Source: Ilumatobacteraceae bacterium (lineage in GTDB: Bacteria; Actinomycetota; Acidimicrobiia; Acidimicrobiales; Ilumatobacteraceae). Taken from it: 64,000 nucleotides of DNA. Position numbers and translations under genes: made by a program. This document shows positions 45,644 through 56,131 of the stretch, piece by piece. Positions within the stretch are counted from its first letter, which is position 1. Each line of letters opens with the position of its first letter. The notes under the pieces were generated by a model. The model saw nothing but the letters and a program-made list of their open reading frames with translations, searched no databases and was not told the DNA's origin. Location of the stretch: NCBI GenBank assembly GCA_050248155.1, contig JBFWSW010000005.1, positions 17,578 through 81,577 on the forward strand. Direction: 5' to 3'.

Positions 45644-46069
45644 TCAGCCCGAGCCCGGTGCCGCCCACTCCGGGCTCATCGGGTTGTACGCGACCTCCCA
45701 CAGGTGGCCGTCGGGGTCGGCCACGTAGCCCAAGTAGCCGCCCCAGTCGGTGGACCGGGGCGGCTTCAAGGACGTGGCTCCCGCGGACAGGAAGGCGTCG
45801 TACATGCGGTCGACGCCGGCGGTCGATTCGGCGTTGATCGCGATCGAGACGCCGCGGAACTCGTCGGACGTGCGCGGTGTGACCTCGGCATCGGCAGCGA
45901 GGTCGTCGACGCCCCAGAGCGCGATGGCAACGTTGCCGAGCTGGAAGAAGGCCACCTCGCCCTCGACGCCACCCGACTGCTCCCATCCGATCGCCTGGTA
46001 GAACGCGATCGAACGAGCGAGGTCGCGCACGCCGAGGGTGACGAGGCTGAGGTGTGCCGGCACGCCCAT
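45644..46069 (-). CDS. VOC (glyoxalase/bleomycin-resistance) family protein
   Basis: 141 aa, containing [19 protein letters not shown] ... [13 protein letters not shown]. It starts 4 nt after the recA stop. Confidence 0.8.
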   Translation of the reverse strand: MGVPAHLSLVTLGVRDLARSIAFYQAIGWEQSGGVEGEVAFFQLGNVAIALWGVDDLAADAEVTPRTSDEFRGVSIAINAESTAGVDRMYDAFLSAGATSLKPPRSTDWGGYLGYVADPDGHLWEVAYNPMSPEWAAPGSG

Positions 46070-46073
46070 GCCG

Positions 46074-48206
<2,133 letters not shown>

Positions 48207-48276
48207 CTGCTGCTCCGTTCCTGCCTGATGTTGAGGGTGAGGACCGAGTCGCACGGCCCCGATTGCTGTGAGCGGC

Positions 48277-48298
48277 ACCATACGGAGCGGGTGTGACA
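48277..48298 (-). promoter_or_regulatory. RecA-NDp-like motif TGTCA-N11-TATGGT, proximal recA promoter candidate
   Basis: The minus strand reads TGTCAcacccgctccgTATGGT. The -10 element ends 70 nt upstream of the recA ATG. Confidence 0.45.
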
Positions 48299-48388
48299 GG
48301 GTTTCGCTGACCCTGCTGGCCCTGACCGCCGATCGAGTTGATCGGCAGTGCTTCGAATGATCCACGATGACGTCGTTCGAACGACAGC

Positions 48389-48417
48389 AGTGTAGTTACG
48401 AACAACTGTTCGATCAA
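48389..48417 (-). promoter_or_regulatory. Distal recA promoter candidate TTGATC - 17 nt - TACACT with a Cheo box in the spacer
   Basis: The minus strand reads TTGATCgaacagttgttcgtaacTACACT. Confidence 0.6.
48399..48412. promoter_or_regulatory. LexA (Cheo/SOS) box CGAACAACTGTTCG
   Basis: Perfect GAAC-N4-GTTC, about 190 nt upstream of recA. Confidence 0.8.
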
Positions 48418-48566
48418 GCATCGGTGCTCGTTGCGACGAAGAGCGCCGGATGCGGACCAGACGAGCGCCGAACTTGCGGGCTCTCGACCAGGGCGGGACG
48501 ATTCGCCCGAAAGTGATCCGAACGACCCATACGGCCGACGGCGTGGTCCGCCTAGGGTCGGATTCG

Positions 48567-50723
48567 GTGAAAGTCGGCGGCAGCGGAGCTCGTCGGCGCC
48601 GTCCACTGCTGCTGAGCCTTGCGACCGTCGGTCTCGTCGCGGGCGCAGCCGCGCTCGTGCCCGATGCTCGGCCGCAGATCGCGACGGCGACCGGTGTCGA
48701 TCTGTCTCGCATCGTCAACCCCGTGCCCGCGTCGTGGACGCCCGGCATGGTCGACGGGCGAGTCTTCGCCGTCGCGCAGGTCGGTGACCAGATGGTGGTC
48801 GGGGGCTCGTTCAGCGCGGTGGAGCGAAACGGCCAGCAGGTCTCACGAAGCGGCATCGTCGCCTTCGACGCCACGACCGGAGTGATCAACACCGGCTTCC
48901 ACCCACAGCTGAACGGTGACGTCGAGGCGCTGCTGCCCGGCCCGGTCGACGGGACGGTGTACGTCGGCGGGTCGTTCACCACCGTCGACGGAGCGGCGCG
49001 CCCTCGGCTCGTCCTGCTCCGGGTCGCCGACGGCAGCCGGGTCACCACCTTCGACGGCGCGACGATCCCGACCGGCACGGTGAAGGACATCGAGCGTGTC
49101 GGTGGGCGGCTGTTCGTCGCGGGCACCTTCACCCAGGTCTCCGGCATCTCGCACCGAGGACTCGTCGCCCTCGATGCGACGACCGGCGACGTCGATCCGT
49201 ACGTCGGGCTCTCGTTCACCGGACACCACAACTACGACGGCACCGGCGCGATCGGGGGTGTCGGACCAGCCGAGCTGGCGATCTCGCCGGACGGTTCGAC
49301 GATGGTCGCGATCGGCAACTTCACCGACGTGTCCGGCGCGTCGCGAGACCAGGTCGCCATGATCGACCTCGGGGCGAGCGCCTCGACCGTTCGGGCGAAC
49401 TGGAACACCAACCGGTACACCCCGCCGTGCGATGCCGAGCTGTACGACAGCTACATCCGCGACGTCGACTTCTCCCCCGACGGCAGCTACTTCGCGATCG
49501 TCGCGGTCGGTGACCGGTCGGAGGGAACCCTCTGCGACACGCTGACGCGCTGGGAGACCACGGCGACCGGTGCCGACGTCCAACCGACCTGGATCCTCGA
49601 CTCGGGCGGCGACACCCTCTCGGCGGTCGCCGTCACCACCGGTGCGATCTACGTCGGCGGCCATCAGCGATGGCTGAACAACCCCGACGGTGCCGACTTC
49701 GCCGGGCCTGGCGCCGTGCCACGACCCGGACTCGGCGCGGTCGACCCGGTCGCCGGACTGCCCCTCGAGTGGAACCCCGGCCGCAACCCTCGCGGCATCG
49801 GTGTCTCGGCGCTCCACGTCACGCCGGAGGGGCTGTGGGTCGGCTCCGACACCGACTGGATCGGCGATCGCCAGTACGAGCGACCGAAGCTCGCGTTCTT
49901 CCCGATCGAAGGTGGCGAGGTTGCGCCGACCGGCCAGTCGCCCGAGCTACCGGGCAGCGTCTACGTCGCGACCGATCAGCTCCGCCGCAGCGGGTCGAAC
50001 GGCACCGTCTTCACCACACCGTCGACCGTCACCACGAGCGGCGGCATGTCGTGGTCGACGGTGACCGCTGCCGTGCAGATCGACGACGTCCTCTACTACA
50101 CCCGGTCGGACCGGATGCTGTACCGCCGCACCTTCGACGGCACCACCTTCGGCCCACAACAGTCGATCGATCCGTACAACGACCCGATCTGGTCGAACGT
50201 CAACACCGGATCGGGCAACCTCTATCGCGGCGCACGACCCGACTGGTACGACGAGCTGCCGTCCCTCACCGGGATGGCCTACCGCAACGGCAGGCTCTAC
50301 TACACCCTCGCCGGCAGCTCACGCCTCTACTACCGGCGCTTCTCGCCGGAGAGCGGCATCGTCAGCGCGGAGCGATTCGAGGCGCCGGGCGTGACCCTCA
50401 GCGGCACGACGGGCATGTTCCTCGACGGCGATCTGCTCTACACCGTGGCCGCGTCCACCGGTGCGTTGTCGGTGAGATCGTGGAACGGCGGGCTTCCCGG
50501 CGCGGCGAGCTCGGCGGTCAGCGGTCCGGCGATCGACGGCATCGACTGGCGAGGGCGTGCGCTCTTCGTGGGACCGGCCGGGCCCGACGTACCGCCCGAC
50601 GACCCCAACGGCCCGACGCTGCCGACCACGCCGGTGACTCCGCCCGCGACCCCAGCGCGCCAGATCGAGGCAGCGGCACGCTCCGACGACCTCGCGCCTG
50701 CCGTGCGGCTCGGCGCACCCTGA
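48567..50723 (+). CDS. Secreted repeat protein, beta-propeller type
   Basis: GTG 48567 gives VKVGGSGARRRRPLLLSLATVGLVAGAAAL (signal-like). Repeated units resemble GGSFt.V.G..R..lv.LD..TG. The C-terminus is Pro/Thr-rich. The start is uncertain (the track ORF begins at 48450). Confidence 0.65.
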   Translation: MKVGGSGARRRRPLLLSLATVGLVAGAAALVPDARPQIATATGVDLSRIVNPVPASWTPGMVDGRVFAVAQVGDQMVVGGSFSAVERNGQQVSRSGIVAFDATTGVINTGFHPQLNGDVEALLPGPVDGTVYVGGSFTTVDGAARPRLVLLRVADGSRVTTFDGATIPTGTVKDIERVGGRLFVAGTFTQVSGISHRGLVALDATTGDVDPYVGLSFTGHHNYDGTGAIGGVGPAELAISPDGSTMVAIGNFTDVSGASRDQVAMIDLGASASTVRANWNTNRYTPPCDAELYDSYIRDVDFSPDGSYFAIVAVGDRSEGTLCDTLTRWETTATGADVQPTWILDSGGDTLSAVAVTTGAIYVGGHQRWLNNPDGADFAGPGAVPRPGLGAVDPVAGLPLEWNPGRNPRGIGVSALHVTPEGLWVGSDTDWIGDRQYERPKLAFFPIEGGEVAPTGQSPELPGSVYVATDQLRRSGSNGTVFTTPSTVTTSGGMSWSTVTAAVQIDDVLYYTRSDRMLYRRTFDGTTFGPQQSIDPYNDPIWSNVNTGSGNLYRGARPDWYDELPSLTGMAYRNGRLYYTLAGSSRLYYRRFSPESGIVSAERFEAPGVTLSGTTGMFLDGDLLYTVAASTGALSVRSWNGGLPGAASSAVSGPAIDGIDWRGRALFVGPAGPDVPPDDPNGPTLPTTPVTPPATPARQIEAAARSDDLAPAVRLGAP

Positions 50724-50743
50724 CGGTCCGGACCGGAGGGACC

Positions 50744-51151
50744 TCAACCGCGATGTGCGGCCGCGTCGGCCAGCTCGGCCGCCTCGGGTGGGTGCACCCG
50801 GAGATCGAAGGCGAACCACAGGGTGTACGTGAACGGGTAGATCACCACGGGCACGACGGCTGCGACCGCCGCGAGCGCCAGCACGAACGGCAGCACCGGG
50901 ATGTCGGGCGCAGTCATGACGAAGCCGACGACCATCGCGATGGTGAGCGCCCCGAAGGTGACGATGGTGTTCATCGTGAGCGCGCCCAGCTCGAAGCCCT
51001 CCTCTCGTCGCCACCGCAACCCGCACGTGCGGCACCGGTCGTAGCGCCGGAACCATCCGCGGATGAACGTGCGGCGGCTGGCGCACCACGGGCATCGCAG
51101 CGTGATCGCGCGCCATGCCATGCGCGGGAAGGTGTGTCGAGGGACATCCAC
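50744..51151 (-). CDS. DUF983-like small membrane protein with Zn-ribbon
   Basis: Contains CPWC ... CRTCG followed by two TM helices. Confidence 0.7.
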   Translation of the reverse strand: MDVPRHTFPRMAWRAITLRCPWCASRRTFIRGWFRRYDRCRTCGLRWRREEGFELGALTMNTIVTFGALTIAMVVGFVMTAPDIPVLPFVLALAAVAAVVPVVIYPFTYTLWFAFDLRVHPPEAAELADAAAHRG

Positions 51152-51188
51152 CCCGACACCCTAGGCGTGGACGTCTGAATCCCGCCCT

Positions 51189-52034
51189 GTGCGCGCCATC
51201 GGCCACAATGGCCATGTGCAGCGCTCGTTCGCAGGTCTGTTGTTCGCGCTCGCGTTCGCGTGCGCATCACTCGCGGTGAGCGGCTTCCTGTTGCAGCGCA
51301 CGCTGTTCTCGCCCAGCAGCAGCACCGACAACGCCGAAGCGGTGCTCGGCGACCAGCAGATCCGGGACACGCTCGTCAACACGATCGCCACGGCGACGGC
51401 ATTGCAGATGTACCCCGACGACGCCGTGGCCCGAGCCAACGTCGCCGTCGTCGTCGGCCAGGTCGCCGACGCGAAGCCGGGCGCTCCCCTGTTCGCCGAC
51501 ATCATCCGCGACGCGCACGCGCGGCTCATCGGCGAGCGCCGAACGGCCGTGCAGATCTCGCCGCAGCAACTGGTCGAGATCACGCGCGACCAGAGAGCAT
51601 CGGTGCTCCCCGCGGTCATCCTCCCGGTCCCTGAGGTTGGTGCGCTGGAGAGAACCGACACTGTCCTCGGCTGGCTGGTGCCGATCAGCGCGATCGCCGC
51701 GCTGGCGCTGTTCGTGCTCTGCCTCCTGGCCCGTCCCGAGAAGGCGGCGCTCATCCGCACCCTCGGCATCGGGCTCGTCGTGCTCGCGGTGTTGACCTTC
51801 ACCTTCGCCTGGATCGTGCCCCGGTTCGTGCCGCCCGCGCTCACCGGCAGCGTGTGGGGCCGCCTTCCGAGCCGCCTCGCGGATGGCGCCCTGCCGTTGA
51901 CGGTCGGAGCGACGCTGCTCCTCCTGTCAGCCGGCCTGGCGATGTTCGTCGGTTCGGCGCGCATGGGTCGCACGCGCCGGTGGAGCCAGCCCGTGAGCAC
52001 CTACCGCTACCGCGAAGAGCGTCGCTGGAGCTGA
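51189..52034 (+). CDS. Hypothetical polytopic membrane protein
   Basis: 281 aa with an N-terminal TM helix and three C-terminal TM helices. No motif was recognised. Confidence 0.5.
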   Translation: MRAIGHNGHVQRSFAGLLFALAFACASLAVSGFLLQRTLFSPSSSTDNAEAVLGDQQIRDTLVNTIATATALQMYPDDAVARANVAVVVGQVADAKPGAPLFADIIRDAHARLIGERRTAVQISPQQLVEITRDQRASVLPAVILPVPEVGALERTDTVLGWLVPISAIAALALFVLCLLARPEKAALIRTLGIGLVVLAVLTFTFAWIVPRFVPPALTGSVWGRLPSRLADGALPLTVGATLLLLSAGLAMFVGSARMGRTRRWSQPVSTYRYREERRWS

Positions 52035-52051
52035 CCGCCGTCGGCCTCGAT

Positions 52052-52375
52052 TCAGTGACGAGTCGAGTTGAGGAGCGATCGCACCGAGCCCGCATCGTCG
52101 ACCGCAGCCACGGCCCCGTCGGGCATCAGCAGCACCAGTCCACGACGGATGCTCGTCGCAGCCGATGCCAGCGCCGAGATCCCGTCCTCGTCGACCATCG
52201 GGACGTGGGCGAGATCGACCACGAGACGGCGGATGCCGAGTCTCCGCGCGTCGTCGACGGAGCGTTGCAGCGCGGGAGCTTCGGCGCAATCGAGCGGTCC
52301 GTCGATGGAGATGAACGCCTCGTCGTCGAGCACGATCATGGGTGTCCGCCCTTCTCGGTCGGCGACTCCGCGCAC
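52052..52375 (-). CDS. STAS-domain protein (anti-sigma-factor antagonist-like)
   Basis: Contains IDGPLDCAEAPALQRSVDDARRLGIRRLVVDLAHVPMVDEDGISAL. The start is possibly at MIVLDDE. Confidence 0.65.
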   Translation of the reverse strand: MRGVADREGRTPMIVLDDEAFISIDGPLDCAEAPALQRSVDDARRLGIRRLVVDLAHVPMVDEDGISALASAATSIRRGLVLLMPDGAVAAVDDAGSVRSLLNSTRH

Positions 52376-52439
52376 CGATCCGTCCGGGGAACCTTACTTG
52401 CCCTCGCCGGGACGGCCGGTCAACACCGACCGCCGGGCA

Positions 52440-53813
52440 CTACCGCACCAACTCGTCGACGAACTCCTGGAAGACCTCGGCGTACCGCAGGGCGTCGGCC
52501 TCGCTGTGCATCACCGAGACGAGCCACTGCTCGTCGAGACCGGGCGGCAGCAGCACGCCACGGTTGATCCCGTGCATCCACTGTGCGAAGGCGAGGTCGA
52601 AGTCGGTGGCCTTGTAGTCGCGATAGTTCTTGATGGGGTCGGGCGACCAGGTGACGCAACCCTTGGCCCCGAACTGCACCGTGTGTGCAGGCAGGCGCGC
52701 GGCATCGATCGTGCCTTGGCACAGCGCGACGAGCCGGGTGTTGAGATCGATGACGTCACGAGTGGCATCGGGTGTGCACACCTCGGCGAGGACCGCCTTG
52801 GCGGCAGCCATGCACAGCGGGTTGCCGTTGTAGGTGCCGAGATGGAGCACCTTGCCCAGCGTGATCTGGTCCATGCACTCGGCCGTGCCGCCGAAGGCGC
52901 CGAGCGGAAGACCGCCGCCGATGCTCTTGGCGAGGGTGACGAGATCGGGTTGCACCCCGAACACCCCGGTGGCCCCACCCCAACCGGCCGTGATGCCGGT
53001 CTTGACCTCGTCGAAGATGAGCATCGTGCCGTACCTGCGCGTGAGCTCGCGGACGCCCTTCAGGTAACCGGACTGCGGCATGCAGATGCCGATGTTCTCC
53101 ATCACCGGCTCGACGATGAACGCGGCGACGTCGCCGCCGGACAACACACGCTCGAGCGCGGCCAGGTTGTTGTACGGCACGATCTTGGTGTCGGCGAGCA
53201 CAGCTCGCGTGATGCCGGCGGTCGCCGGGATCGCGCGGGGCTCGTCGGCCGGGCCGGCCTCCGAGACGGGAGGCTTCATCGAGATCATCACCTCGTCGTG
53301 GTGACCGTGGTAGCCGCCCTCGACCTTGACGATCTTCTCTCGACCGGTCACACCGCGAGCGACGCGGATGGCGTCCATCGTCGCTTCGGTGCCCGAGTTC
53401 GTGAAGCGCCACATGGGCAGGCCGTAGCGCTGCCCGAGCAGTTCGGCGACCTCGGCGTTGAGCTCGCACGGGGTGACGAACAGAGTGCCGTTGTCCAGCT
53501 GGCGCTCGACGGCGTCGCGCACCAGCGGATGGCAGTGACCAGCGAACAACGCGCCGAACCCCATGTCGTAGTCGGTGTAGTGGTTGCCGTCGACGTCTTC
53601 CATCCACGACCCCTGCGCCCGGTCGACGACGATCGGGTGGGGGTCGTAGGCCTGGAAGCTGGACGGCACGCCGAGGGGGAGCACCTTGCGAGCCCGGTCG
53701 GTCGCGCGCTGCGAGCCGCGGGTGCGGTCGACGTAGACCTGCAGCTCACGAGCGGTGATCGCCTTGGCGCGTGTCACGAGCTCTTCGTGGCGGATGGATT
53801 CCGTTGCACTCAT
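52440..53813 (-). CDS. Class III PLP aminotransferase (GSA aminomutase-like)
   Basis: 457 aa, containing FTNSGTEATMDAIRVARGVTGR, IFDEVKTG and LAKSIGGGLPLGAFGG. Confidence 0.85.
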   Translation of the reverse strand: MSATESIRHEELVTRAKAITARELQVYVDRTRGSQRATDRARKVLPLGVPSSFQAYDPHPIVVDRAQGSWMEDVDGNHYTDYDMGFGALFAGHCHPLVRDAVERQLDNGTLFVTPCELNAEVAELLGQRYGLPMWRFTNSGTEATMDAIRVARGVTGREKIVKVEGGYHGHHDEVMISMKPPVSEAGPADEPRAIPATAGITRAVLADTKIVPYNNLAALERVLSGGDVAAFIVEPVMENIGICMPQSGYLKGVRELTRRYGTMLIFDEVKTGITAGWGGATGVFGVQPDLVTLAKSIGGGLPLGAFGGTAECMDQITLGKVLHLGTYNGNPLCMAAAKAVLAEVCTPDATRDVIDLNTRLVALCQGTIDAARLPAHTVQFGAKGCVTWSPDPIKNYRDYKATDFDLAFAQWMHGINRGVLLPPGLDEQWLVSVMHSEADALRYAEVFQEFVDELVR

Positions 53814-53947
53814 GGGATCGCCTTTACGGATCGCGTTTGCACAAGCCTAGTCAACGACGGATTTCGTGGTGAACGGCCTGCGGCACAACGCATCGTAATC
53901 GCCATTGGAACTCCTGGGGTGGTCTGGCACAATGTGCACCCCTTCAT

Positions 53948-54021
<74 letters not shown>

Positions 54022-54085
54022 CTGGGCCCCCGGGCCTTGCGTTGTCGAGCGACAGTGGCACTCCATACACTGCCGCTCCGCAACT

Positions 54086-54157
54086 GCGCCTCTAGCTCAA
54101 TGGCAGAGCAACGGACTCTTAATCCGCAGGTTCTGGGTTCGAGTCCCAGGGGGCGCA
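54086..54157 (+). tRNA. tRNA-Lys (CTT)
   Basis: A cloverleaf was folded by hand. It has acceptor stem GCGCCTC/GGGGCGC, anticodon loop CTCTTAA and T-loop TTCGAGT. Confidence 0.9.
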
Positions 54158-54458
54158 CACGTTGGTACTGGTCAGGGGTGCTTTTTCGTCGCACCGAACC
54201 CGCCGGGCCGAGTAGTCGTGGTGCCATAGACCCTCCGATAGATCGGAGAACATCTCCACGACGTCCTCCGATGTGGCGGCGACGAGCTCAATCCCAGCGG
54301 CCGCGCGCCCGAGAGCCCACCTCGCGTTGCGCGGGATGGTCGACAACACGCCCGATGGCGCGGTGATCGCCTCAAGATGCGTTCGGTGATGCGCGCTCGA
54401 TGCGAGGACATGCCGGTGCTCCTCGCGAGTTCGGCGGACCGGCGTTCTGCGCTGTCGT

Positions 54459-54866
54459 TCAGCTGAGTTCGAGGCGTTCCACTGGTTGGCCGGTGAGTTC
54501 GGCGATGAGTTCGAAGTCCTTGTCGAGGTGGAGCACGGTGAGGTCCGCGAGTTCGGCGGTGGCCGCGATCAGGAGATCGGGAATCGACGGCGCTCTGTGC
54601 TGACCGCGTTCGGCGAGGGTCGACTGCACCTCGAGTGCTCGGTCTTCGATCCGGGGTGTGAGGTACTCGACGGGCATCGACGAGATCGGCGGCTCGGCCA
54701 GCAGCATGCGATGGTCGGCGGCTGCGCGGGCGGAGTAACCGACCTCCAAACGGGTCACCGTGGAGATCCGGACGAGGCCGCGTTCGATCCGACTCACCCA
54801 CTCGACCGCGTTGGTGGCCGCCGTCAGACGTACGAGTGCGGACTTGTCGACGAGCCAGGTCGTCAC
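54459..54866 (-). CDS. vapC: PIN-domain toxin VapC
   Basis: 135 aa, containing [19 protein letters not shown] and [10 protein letters not shown] ... VLHLDKDF. It overlaps the antitoxin gene by 4 nt. Confidence 0.85.
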   Translation of the reverse strand: MTTWLVDKSALVRLTAATNAVEWVSRIERGLVRISTVTRLEVGYSARAAADHRMLLAEPPISSMPVEYLTPRIEDRALEVQSTLAERGQHRAPSIPDLLIAATAELADLTVLHLDKDFELIAELTGQPVERLELS

Positions 54867-55084
54867 GACCAGGCACCGGACATCACGTCCGGGTCGTCGA
54901 GATCACCGGCGAGGCTGGCCAAGCGGTCGAGATGGTCGACTGTGACGGGGCCCGAACCGCCGACCCGCTCGCGCTCGAGCGTCCGGCGGAGGTACTCGGT
55001 TCGCGACAGACCGACCCGCTTGGCACGGGCATCGATCGCTGCAACGACCTCGTCGGGGATGTCTCGAATGAGGATGTCGGTCAC
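54863..55084 (-). CDS. vapB: VapB-type RHH antitoxin
   Basis: 73 aa, starting at GTG and preceded by AAGGAGGTGA. Contains [33 protein letters not shown]. Confidence 0.75.
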   Translation of the reverse strand: MTDILIRDIPDEVVAAIDARAKRVGLSRTEYLRRTLERERVGGSGPVTVDHLDRLASLAGDLDDPDVMSGAWS

Positions 55085-55099
55085 GACGTCACCTCCTTC

Positions 55100-55138
55100 T
55101 GATATCTCATGATATCAAGCGAGCGCTCGACCTGGCAA
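55100..55138 (-). promoter_or_regulatory. Putative vapBC promoter (TTGCCA - 18 nt - TATCAT) overlapping a TGATATC direct repeat (10-bp period)
   Basis: The plus strand reads TGATATCtcaTGATATCa at 55100-55117. The -35 element is the complement of tggcaa at 55133-55138. Confidence 0.45.
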
Positions 55139-55288
55139 CCGCACGTCGCCCTCGAACGCACCGAACGCTCACCTCCGCCCGGACAGAACACCCGTCTCGC
55201 CGGTGACAACAACGCCGAGAACCGGCAGATCTGCACCCTCGCGCGTCATCGCGCGTCGTGACATTCCCGACGTCCTGCCGAACCTCTG

Positions 55289-56053
55289 TCAGAACGCTGG
55301 GAACGCGGCTTCGGCGAGGTTGCTCACGACGACCGGCAGCACCGCGGCGAGGGCCTCGACAGCATCCTGCTCGGCGATCGGCCCGTCGCCGCGCAGGATG
55401 GTTGCCACGAACAATCCCTCACCCTGCCACGTCGCCACGCACTCGTCGTCCGACAAGCACCCCAGATGTGTCTCGCCCCCGGGAATGTCGTCGGACGGTG
55501 CGAGGTCTTCCTCGTCGGCGCCCAGTTCCTCGTCGAGGTACGCGGCGAGGCTCGGTGTGCCGGGCGCGACGTCGATGCGGACCTCGTTGATCGTGCCGGA
55601 CGAGTACGGGTCGGGCGTGAGGTAGCAGTAGGTGATGTCGGCATCACCCCCGCTGAAGACCTGGCCGTCGTCTTCGATCCCTTCTGCGTAGCCTGCCGCC
55701 AGCTCGAGGTCGGCCGGGAGTGCGGCGAAGACCGCCTCGACCGGGCCGAGCGGGCACGGCCCGAGGTCGTCGCCGAGATCGATCGCCTGCTGGGCCTTGG
55801 CAGCGGCCGCCTCGAGCGGGAGGTCGAATGATGCCGAGGTGGTCTCCGGTGCCGAGGTGGTCTCCGGTGCCGCAGTGGTGTCCGGCGCTGCGGTGGTCTC
55901 CGGCGCTGCGGTGGTGTCCGGCGCTGCGGTGGTCACCGGTGCGGCAGTCGTGCTCGCTTCGCCCACCGGATCTGCTCCGTTGTCGCCGCATGCCACGAGA
56001 ACACACGACAGTGCGACGAGCCACGGGCGGAAGCGGAGCGTGTCAGAGCGCAT
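55289..56053 (-). CDS. Lipoprotein with TTAAP(E/D) repeats
   Basis: ATG 56053 gives MRSDTLRFRPWLVALSCVLVAC|G (lipobox). About eight Thr/Ala/Pro pentapeptide units follow. Confidence 0.6.
   Translation of the reverse strand: MRSDTLRFRPWLVALSCVLVACGDNGADPVGEASTTAAPVTTAAPDTTAAPETTAAPDTTAAPETTSAPETTSASFDLPLEAAAAKAQQAIDLGDDLGPCPLGPVEAVFAALPADLELAAGYAEGIEDDGQVFSGGDADITYCYLTPDPYSSGTINEVRIDVAPGTPSLAAYLDEELGADEEDLAPSDDIPGGETHLGCLSDDECVATWQGEGLFVATILRGDGPIAEQDAVEALAAVLPVVVSNLAEAAFPAF
55832..55951. repeat. Imperfect 15-nt tandem repeat (about 8 copies) encoding TTAAP(E/D)
   Basis: Units such as ggtggtctccggtgc / cgcagtggtgtccgg are visible in the sequence. Confidence 0.8.
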
Positions 56054-56131
56054 GACGTCGACCGTAGCGAAGCTGGCGGGTGGTCGACCAAGGACCCAGG
56101 CATCCGCGGTCACTGCGCTGGTTCGTCGCGG

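Noticed and set aside
53925-53938. Sigma-54-like TGGCAC-N5-GCA element upstream of tRNA-His
   Set aside because: The GG/GC spacing is 2 nt too short, and Actinomycetota generally lack sigma-54.
54119-54349. 76-aa minus-strand ORF, and the plus-strand ORF 53980..54366
   Set aside because: Both overlap the tRNA-Lys and/or tRNA-His genes and have no recognisable motif. At best they are remnants.
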